Source of the DNA: Isurus oxyrinchus
Taxonomy: Eukaryota
NCBI GenBank assembly: GCA_026770705.1
Contig: JANJGN010000041.1
Span: 1,736,001-1,800,000, forward strand
DNA length: 64,000 bases
Direction: 5' to 3'
In this document: piece by piece, positions 54,350-64,000 of the stretch
Layout of the letters: each line of letters starts with the position of its first letter
How positions within the stretch are numbered: the first letter of the stretch is position 1
Translations under genes and position numbers: made by a program
The notes under the pieces: generated by a model
What the model saw: only the letters and a program-made list of their open reading frames with translations
Told to the model about the DNA's origin: nothing
The model's database searches: none

Positions 54350-55990
54350 AATCATCCAGACAGGTGTAGCATATTCCATCATACGCCTGATCTGAGTATT
54401 TAAATGAAGGAAAGGTTTTGGATAGTCAGGGGGTGCTTTGCTCACAACAGCATTCTCAGATTCTGACCTGCCCTTCTAGTCACAGTTTCTTGTCAATGGT
54501 TTGTCCAAGGATGGTGAAATTGGCTTCTTAAGCGATGGTGATGTCATTAAAACTCAAGGACATTTTGATGGATACTCCTTCGGTTCAGTTGGTCATTGCC
54601 TGTCAATTTTGTGGGATGCAAATTACCTGTCGAATTTCAGCATAAGTATGGCTATTGCCCAGGTATGGATGGACATGGGCATGGATGTTATTAGCATAAG
54701 TTGTGTCGTGAATGGCGCTGAACTTTGAACAATTGTCAGCGGACACAACCTTCTCCCAGTAGCCCACACCCTACCCACCACACCAAACCTCTTTCTGTGT
54801 TTTAAATGGAAATAATTTCATTGATGCAGCAGCTTAAGATGGCTGAGCTCAGAGCACTGCCCTCAGGCTCTCGTCAAGTTATGTCATGGGAAACAAAGAA
54901 TAAAGAAAAAAAATCCTTTTCACTTGATATGACTTCAAGCACTGGAGACTTTGCTCCTTTTTCTTATTGACTAAAATTCTGATAGCCCTCCTTGACACCA
55001 TAGTGTGATAGCTGTTGTCTTGATATAAAACACTGCTCCTCTCTCCTCACCTAATGAGTACAGCACTTTTGAACATGTTTCAACCAAGGTTGAACCGAGA
55101 GTTGGAGTTCACACGAAGCAAGAAGTGAGCGTCAGTGAGCAGTTTACTGTGAGCACCTGGCGATTGAAAGCATTGTCCATGATACTTTTCATCACTTTGA
55201 TCATGATGAAGTGTAGGCAGACGGTGCTGTAATTAGATTGCTTGGATTTGGCGTGTGTTTTTGTGGATAGGCATGTGAAAATGCTGACATTTTTGCATCG
55301 ATACCAGTATTTTAGATGCACCATACGAGCTTCGATAAAGTAGTCTTATTCAGGAGCACTGATCTCCCATACTATTGGCATTGTCTAAAATTACCCTTAG
55401 CCTCTGCATCATCCAGATCCTTCTGTCATTCCTTAAATTCGAGTGCTGAGAATCACATTGTATTACGCCTGGCATCTGTGTTGCTTTTTATCCAATGGAG
55501 GAGCCTGGGATGGTTCATCCACCCGTCACTTCAGGGTGAATGTGGCTGCAAATTCTTCAGCCATGTATATGCACTGGTGCACAGTGCTACACAGTCATTT
55601 CCGATGGGGATATTGGTGGTGATCCGTCCACCAGTGAGTTGCAGAATTTTCCACCGCCATTCAAGGCGACTGTGACTTGACTTCAGAGCTGAGCTATCGT
55701 TACTTGGTAGGGCGATCAATGAGCCCTGCTTTTCTGATGCTGAATACGCTGTTTTGCCTGCAAGTAGCCTTGTCTTAAAATTCAACAGGTGAAGCCTTGT
55801 TGTTAGGAATGGTCACTGTTGCTTTGGACATATGACAGATGTCGGCAAAGTTCCTTCATTTGTGCACTTGACCTCGAAAGCATGGAAGGACAACAGCAGA
55901 AGAGGCATGGGAACACTTTTAATTACAAAGTCCTTTCCAAGTCTCGCACCAAGTGGACTTGGAGATGAATCACCATTCCTTGACTGTCAC
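54350..55990 (-). mobile_element. Zenon/L2-like LINE fragments (endonuclease and RT) inside the GPCR2 intron
   Basis: Diverged copy of the same text as 36430-37780; endonuclease-like SLIALPSNDSSALKS/EWRWKILQLTG region at 55530-55790. Confidence 0.55.
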
Positions 55991-58900
55991 TGGATCAAAA
56001 ACCTGGAAATCCATCACTCGTAGCATTTTGTCTGCACCCGCTTCATATGGACTCCAAAGCTAGAAACATCTTATTTTCAAGAAGAATAATTGAAAACAGA
56101 AATAAAATTACTAATCTTGTCAATATATCCAAAGAAAAAAAAATCCATGATGAACGAGTTATGAAGAGTGATATTCTTTTTGTATTGAAATGACGGCCCT
56201 GGCTTTTGCTTTTTTTCGAGCTCAACAAAGAATAACTACAATATCCATGCTTAAATGTAAATTATTTCGGACAATACTGGTCCCAAACTGAGAATGTATA
56301 TTTTGAATTCACTCCTGAATATCCAAATCTTTAACCAAAATAATTGGCTGAAATTTTCGTCCACATTTCATACCTCTCCCCCACCCTCTAAAGGCCCCAC
56401 TCCCCATCACCCACCCACCTCAAAAATGCCGAATCTGCACGCAGATCAATGACATGCATCGGGTATAATGATGTCAGTTACATGAACCTCCCCGGTTTCA
56501 GATGGAGAACAGTTACAAGTTACTAATTAGCCACTTATTGAGTTTCTGAACGACACAACCGAATGTTTTCTTGATTCGTGCCTTGCATTTGCCGTGGCCC
56601 AGACGAGAGAGAAAACATATTTTTGTGCAGCTACCATCAGACCAGAATCGCGTGGAAGAGAGGTTCTGCGTCCGGGTCCATGATTAAATGCAGCAACAGA
56701 TGGTGCTGGCAAGGTGGCAGCGGCTTCAGGATTACTTTTCACTTTTCTTGTTTCTTGCCTGAGCTTTCAACAAAAAATATTTTTGGCAAAACCGTTTCTG
56801 AGATCATGTGGTCTTGAGCTTGCAGCCGTACCGACTTCCTGTTCACAGCATTACATTCTGTCGCAGGATGTTCAGGCTTTCACTGCCGATTGGACGCATA
56901 CCCCATTGTGCATCACTCATTGCCTCTTCACAGTGGCAATTTAATTAATTGTGGAGCTGGAGATGGTCTATGGGAGAGTGTGGAGGGAAAGGGCTAATTT
57001 TACATTTCTCCAATCTCACCTGCCTAAAAACGTAAAATCCATGCCACTGTCTACTTATTATAATGATTCTGTATGATTTTAAATCACGATTACGTTTTGC
57101 ACATGCACCGGAGGATCTGTGTCACTTCTCTAGTGTAACTGCTGCTGACTGTATACTTAATTTGCTAGGTAAATAGTGGATAATCGTTTGGATAGGTCAC
57201 TATTTAATTAGGTAGATAATTGGGTACTTCAGTCCTGCGCAACTTCAATGTTTAATTCGGAAAGAAATTTGGAAATATACTGATAATTTATTGGATAACA
57301 GTTTTGATAATGAATTTGTTCAAACATTGGCTGCTTCATTGTATAATTTTTTTTTCAATTACTCTATATTTGAACCTCTTTCCTTATTTAGAGTGTGGCC
57401 AGAACAGTTTAAAGTGATGATAATTTGGCGAACAATCTTTGTATATTTCACAACAGCGCACAGATAATTATGCCTCTCAGTTTAAATGCATGTCATTGTC
57501 GGAATATAAATATTCGGTTTGCTCAAATAATAATAGATATTGGGTAAATGAAGGTAAATTTTCATTTTTGACATTTATTTCAGCTGCAGCTGTGTCAAAA
57601 TAGCTTCGATTAATAAAGCTTCCACCTTTTCCAGTTCAACCTACATTCCTAACAGAAACCCAAAATTTAATTTTGATCTATTGCCTAGCGTTTTCAAGGC
57701 TGTTTGTGATTACCTTTGACAGCTCCATTAAGTCCATCAATATTTGATGCTTGCATTCGAGTTAGAGAATTGTGAATTGGGGGCTGCCAACTGGGCTGTG
57801 TATGTAATGCAAATAGATACTTGCTTTTTTTATGTGTGGTCAAACATTGCCAATTTGCAATCTGATCCAAAAATGTAAAAAAACTATTTATCTTTATCCG
57901 ACTATTTTGCATTACTTCATTCAAAGTTCATCTGAATCATTAACCAACAACATATTGAAATAACATGATCCAATATGTTAATTAACCACCCGTTTATAGA
58001 CCATCAATGCATTGTTATTTCCCTACATTGAAGTTTGTGAAAAATCTACGCTCAGTCTGCACCATGTTGCATAGCCTGGAAAACAGTTGATAATTGAAAT
58101 AACTCTCTATCTACTCATCCCATTGTTTTGCGCATGTGCATTATCCATTCATTAATCTGTGCCTTCCAAATCTGACCGCAGATTTCGGTCGGAAAGCTAT
58201 TCAGCACCCTTGAAGGAACCATGACATCCTCTCCTATAGCAGCGCCAGCAGAACTAAAAACAAAATTTCGGCAGCGAGCCGATTACCCACTTTCGATAAT
58301 AATTCAAGCTAGAGTTATTTAATTTGATTTTAAATGCCGAAAATAATCTAGTAAACGTGTGCATCAAGTTATTACATATCTAGCAGCTACAAATTAGTTC
58401 AGAAATATTCACTTAGAAAATATAATCTTCAAAATTCAAATGGACATTCACTATCTAAAGAACAGAAAACATAATGCAACCGTGATTATCTGAGGCTCAC
58501 ATCAATTACGCTTAACTTATATAGATGATTGGGTTTCATCAGTAATCAGTATAAATGTCTGAAGTTAATCTTGTGGAAAATAATGCAGCATTGAATAACG
58601 GCGTTAATTCTCGAAAAATGTTCGTGCATTTTGAAAAAAAATATGCATTTTAACAAATAATGCTAAGATTCATGTGTTTTATGAACCTGGCCAATCTGAA
58701 ATGAAATAAGCTGTAGAGGTTGTTAATTTAAACATGGGTGTGATAGGTTTAATGTCTCTTTCGTCAGTTTATCGACAATTCGTAATTTCACTTTTCTGAA
58801 CATATATTAGTTTAAAGATTCAAATTGATGTCCCCATCACCTTCAATCTTTATCACGATCTTTCGCACTTGATGCCCAGCAGAAATCAATTTTCAGCTTC

Positions 58901-60058
58901 ATATTTAAAATCACTTCGCACGGATGCTGTGCTTGAGATGCCCTTTCGGCAATAAAGTGAATGGTTTTGCAGCCGATCAATTAATGGGAACTCTGTCCTG
59001 TCTACTAGGAAGTAAAACGCTAGTTATGACCTCAGTACAATCACATCATCGAATTGGTCATTAACTTTGCCTTGCAAGAAATGTGCCCCTATGGCCAATA
59101 AACATTGCCCACTCAATCTGATAGCAATGTCACCGTTCCCACTCCGCCATTAAATTGCCCTATTGATCAGGACTGACTCCACTCATTCTGCATAGCAATG
59201 TTGCTTCACACCTTCTGCAATGAATTAGCGATGCATTCACCTGAAATAATCCTGCACAATGCCCAGCCAGCATATCAATCTTACATTACTCATTCTGACT
59301 TAAAACACATGACTGATCAGCTCTCATTCATGAATAAAACTTCTCGCTGTGAACCTGCATAGGAATGTCACTTTGTACTGATTGTCATTGTACCGCCACC
59401 GTGATAACTGCAGTGTAAACTTGCATTCAGCCTTGTCTATGCTGTCTTTTATGTAGCTCAGTGACCATTTTCTGGTCGTATGTTTTTGCCATTCTATCTT
59501 TCATCCTCTCAGGCATTCAGAGTATGTTCATGCCACTGGACAATATTTTACCTTCAAGCTGGATGTCCTGTAGCACAGTAATGCTTCCCAGTATTTATCA
59601 CATCTGTAGACCACCCATATGCATTGCACCAATACCTCTTCCAGAGTATAAGTCAACTTGGCACAGATACTATTTTGCGCGTTAATTTCCCATTTCACAT
59701 TGTACCAACACACATGAATTGCCACTTTACATTTACCTTCTATTATTCACGATGCCCAGCCATTTGTTTGCTTTCAAATTTTCCAGGTCACATTCGCCCT
59801 CAGTAATCTCAATCATTACTAAACAATAGTTGCCTAGTTTACTTTGAATATGGTCATTTCAAATTACGAATTATCAACTGAGGTTTTCCTTCCCTATCCA
59901 CTTTGATTCGGTCCAGTTTAAATTTAGAACATGCTCGCCTCGGAATGCAGACTGTGCATATTTGGGTTGAAAGCACAATCCTTTGCTGCAACAGGAACAA
60001 AATTAGTAATGTTCATTTGTGTCGTCTATCTCTTGCTCTCTTTATCCCTCTCTTACAG

Positions 60059-60960
60059 TTAATCTTGTTGCGATTGTGATTCTTTCCCGAGGAAACTGTG
60101 GCCTTTCCAAATGTATTAGCTACTATATGATCGCCATGGCCGTGGCAGATCTCCTGGTTGTTTGTGCTGAAGTCATACTGAAAAATACGCTGGATATTTA
60201 TTTCCCTGTTTTATTCTTGACCACGAGCACGGTGTGCCCTCTAACTGTGATTCTGACTTACGCAGTCATATCAGCCTCTGTCTGGTTAACAGTGGTGTTC
60301 ACCTTCGATCGTTTTGTGGTCATATGTTGTAAGAAGCTGCGAAAAAATTATTGCACAGGGACAACAGCGGTAGCTGTCACATCAGTGGTGAGTGTGTTGA
60401 GTTGTTTGATAAACATTCCCTGGTACTTTGCGTTTGAAACTGCATATATAATGGACAATGTAAATCGTGGTTGTGTCCTAACACAGAATTTTTTCATTTC
60501 TGCTGAATGGGCCGCATTTGACTTGTTTACCATTATCATGACGCCATGTATTCCATTTATCCTAATTTTGTTGCTAAATGTTTTGACGGCTAGACGTATT
60601 TTGCTGGCCAGTAAAGTTCGCAGATGTCTCCGCGTTTGCAACAAGGATTCTGAAATAGAAAGCCGAAGAACGTCCATTATTTTACTCTTCAGTATAACCG
60701 GGAGCTTTATATTGCTCTGGACAACTCCGGTTATATATATTATCTCTTTGCATGTAACAGTCACATCGAATTCTGGCGCACATGCACTTCAGTCACTTGG
60801 ATCCATGCTTGGGATCCTCAGTTGCTGCACAAATACATTCATTTATGTGCTGACACAGGCTAAGTTTAGGAAGGAGCTGAAGAACGGAATGCAGTATCTT
60901 GTGAAATTGGGCATAAAATTAGGCAAATTACAGTGGAGTACCCGTGCACCATTTCAGTAG
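60059..60960 (+). CDS. GPR139/GPR142-like class A GPCR 2, coding exon 2; spliced product 323 aa
   Basis: Acceptor ccctctcttacag ends at 60058. Frame reads VNLVAIVILSRGNCGLSKCISYYMIAMAVADL, SVWLTVVFTFDRFVVICC, TPCIPF, LSCCTNTFIYVLTQAKFR, ending at TAG 60958-60960. Exon lengths 70+902 = 324 codons. AATAAA at 61147. Confidence 0.93.
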
Positions 60961-61169
60961 GACATGAGGTTTGTGCCTTGAATGAACTCATGTTAGGAAA
61001 ATGCTTGTAACAACGTTGAAGCATTCTGCATAAAATAATATCCTACTAAAAATCTTCATTTATACTATAATGTCAAACTGAACTCATTTTCACAGTGTAC
61101 AGTATTCAATGCTGATTTGTATGTTGTGATAATATTAATAAATGATAATAAAACGTACTGAACCTCCAC

Positions 61170-61600
61170 TGTTAGCTGTGCAGAGATTGAAAGGGTGAAT
61201 TGTGATGCCAGCTGCTGACAGCCTGGTGTTCATTGGAACAGTTGTTCTTATCAACATAAGAACACCCCAAACATCAGCAGCTGCATCACGATAACTCGAC
61301 AAATGTAACATAGACAAACATCAGGAATTTCCTACAATCTACTCTGGGCCAAATAGTACATAGGGGGAATTTTCAGAACATGTTTCATGAAGTCTGGCAC
61401 CCTGCAAATATCGGACAGTTGCACAATGAGCTGCTTCTCCAAGTTCCATATACCTCAAACGATTGAAACAAGGAAGGCCTGGTCATCACGTGTTTTGTTA
61501 AAAGTCGGGTATTGACGCAATTGATCACACATTCCCACGATCCATAGTGCACAGAGACGACACCATATAATGGATTCAAAACTTTTAAATGCGATTACCC
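61170..61600 (-). mobile_element. Possible Harbinger transposase N-terminal fragment
   Basis: Minus strand KHVMTRPSLF (F..FRMT..SF-like) and LHLSSYRDAAADVWGV (YL...SYR..A..FGV HTH-like). Confidence 0.4.
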
Positions 61601-62574
61601 TACGATTCATTTGAAAGCACAAATGAAATCATACTTGTTTTTGCACGATTAATGGGACTACCTCCTCCCCACATGTTCATTCACAACACTCTCTGTCTCA
61701 TGTTATCTGGTCCTTTCACACAAACAGCCTTCAAATGGCTGTTATCATATTCTCGAATGTTTTAATATGTTTGACTTTATAGCCACTCATCAATGTAGTG
61801 TATGACGCTTCGACCAGGTATCAGCACGATTTCCCAGCCAAGAAACGTCTGATCACACGTGGCCCTCCCACCAACTTACGTCTTTGTATACCTATGCATA
61901 TTGAATGTGAAAAAATGTAACGCAATTGTTCTCGTCGCATATTCTTATCATTTACCTAACTTAAATGCCATTCGTAGAAAGCAACCATTGACAGTCTACA
62001 GCACAGAAGCAGACTATTTGAACCGTCCTTTCCTTACTGTGTCTCTGCAGGAAGATGCAGGCGGCAGCCACTCTTCCAGCTTCTCCCTATTATCTGGGTC
62101 ATTCGTTTTTCTCAGATTTAAAATTCAAAATCCTCTTGATCATTATTAGTTACCCACTCCAAACACCGGGTATAATGATTGGCCAGAACAACTGCCAGTT
62201 AAAGCATCATTACATAGAAACCCACAACCGCTGTCATTGAATAAATAAACATTAAAAACAAGACAGATTCGGTCATGGCATGAGGGGCATAGCTGGCACG
62301 AAGAGCAATTATTGTCAATCTTTAATTGCTCTTGCAGCAAATAATATGTGCTCCATCCTTCTGAGCAGCTGCAGTGCTTCTGATATCTTCGCCCTGGCTG
62401 CTTAGGGCCTGAATTACTAATTTCCCAGACCACCGGCTCAGCTAGCACTCTTTTCTAAATGTTTAATCTGGCTTTTCGGCAACAGGACTTTCTATATATG
62501 CACCCCGACTGTTCAGCTTCCAGTTTGTTCGGTTCCTGAAGGAACCTAAGTTCCACAAAGTAATGCCACGACTC

Positions 62575-63500
62575 AACACTGTTTAGGTCCTTCATCAATG
62601 ACCTCCTCTCCAGCTTAAGGTCGGAAATGGGGATGTTCGCTCATGATTCCACAATGTTCAACACAATTCATGATTCCTGAGATAATGAGGTTGTCCATTG
62701 CCAGATGCAGCATGTTCAGGCTTCGGCTCACAAGTGGAAAATGACATTTACAGCATACAAGTACCAGGCAATGACTATCTCCAAAATAGAATATCGAACC
62801 ATTGCCCGTCAACATTCAATGACATTACCATAGCCGAAAATCGTACTAGCAGCATTGTAGTGGATATCATTGACCAGAAACAACATAACTGGATTGGCCA
62901 ATAAATACAACGTTTACAAATGCAGTTGAGATGCCAGGAATCCTGCAGCGAATAACACAAGTGCTGAAACCCCAATTCCTTTCCACCATTTACAAGACAG
63001 GAATTTCATGGTATACTCTCTACTTGCTGGGATGCATGCAGCTCCAATATTAGTCAAGAAGCATGATAGCATCTGGGATAAATCAGCCATTGATTGACAC
63101 CACATCAGTGAACGTTGACACTCTCCACCACTGATGAACAATGGCAGCAGTGCTTAATATCTGCAAGGTGCGCGGCAGGAATTCTGGAAATCAACTTGGA
63201 CCATTCAGTCCAAACCCACGAAGGATAATGGGCAGCAGCTTTATGCGAACACGACTATTTGGAAGTTCCCCTCCAAGCTACTCACCAGCTTGATTTGAAA
63301 TGATATCCCTGTCCCTTCCTTGTCATCGTGTCAAATTCCAGGAACTCCATCCCCAAGGGCACTATGCATGCAGAGTGGCCAGAGGGACTGCTGCGGTTCA
63401 AGAAGGCAGCTCCACACCACTTTCTCTAGGGTACTTATATCTGGGCATTAAACACTTGCGAACGACTGCCACCAACATCCTCTTAACGAATAATAATAAA
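62575..63500 (+). mobile_element. Zenon/L2-like LINE RT 3' part with tail
   Basis: SFINDLLSSLRSEMGMFAHDSTMF (RT catalytic YADD-type box), DQKQHNW and STIYKT..MVYSLLAG; tail ...gggcattaaacacttgcgaacgactgccaccaacatcctcttaacgaataataataaa. Confidence 0.8.
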
Positions 63501-64000
63501 ATATAATTGTCCCTCTGGCTGCACAGCTACTGCGCTTCCCATTTTTTCCAGTCTGTCAGCTCTGTTCTACTATAACCAAATCACTTTCCTAGCTAATACT
63601 TACTGCTTCTTATAAAACTAACCTCTTGCTATTTAGCTCCCGGACTTTTATAAATCTCTGCTCTGGGGGAAGAGTGCCTTTTACCTTCCAATCTGTGTTT
63701 TGATTATCTAAGGCACGCTTTTTTTTATCTCTGTTATGGGGGTGTAGCCCCTTTCTAATCTTTGCTTTTAATATCTCTCTCTAGCTCTTTTTAAATCGCT
63801 CCTCTGGCCACTCAGCTTCCGCTCTTTTTACATATCTGCCATAGTGCCTCAACTACTCCTCTTTTTAAAAAAATATCACCTGTTCGTGCACAGCTCCCAG
63901 CTCGCTCTAAATCTCTGCTCTCATTGTTCAGCTGCAGCAGTAAAAGAATAATTAAACCTGCCCTGACTGCCAAGTGTCTAGCCCGCAATTGGAGACTGTT

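Noticed and set aside
60348-60764. 138-aa minus-strand ORF
   Set aside because: Antisense shadow of GPCR2 exon 2 with no independent motif.
1-64000. tRNA, rRNA or other structured RNA genes
   Set aside because: None recognisable by eye; a tRNAscan-SE or Infernal search would be needed to exclude them.

Overview
Eukaryotic, repeat-rich vertebrate DNA, most likely a cartilaginous fish (inferred from shark-type CR1 LINE tails and the receptor type). The only apparently intact protein-coding genes are two + strand, two-coding-exon class A GPCRs of the GPR139/GPR142-like type (11617-11791 + 14881-15758; 51720-51789 + 60059-60960), each split by a phase-1 intron at the same point in TM1. Most of the remainder is decayed mobile DNA: a Gmr1-type (integrase-before-RT) Ty3/gypsy LTR element, several CR1, RTE and Zenon/L2-like LINEs, and several PIF/Harbinger transposase remnants. 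There is also a long decayed coiled-coil pseudogene (possibly PMFBP1-like), two diverged copies of an unidentified ~2.4 kb unit carrying a 65-bp tandem array, and other mini- and microsatellites. The most notable signal is a minus-strand endogenous retrovirus-like remnant (43589-45725): a class I fusion-protein-like envelope (heptad repeats, Cys-rich F-like core, TM anchor) followed by a polypurine tract and a TG...CA LTR, which resembles lokiretrovirus-type env. Boundaries of decayed elements are approximate, and all family assignments come from by-eye motif recognition, not database searches.
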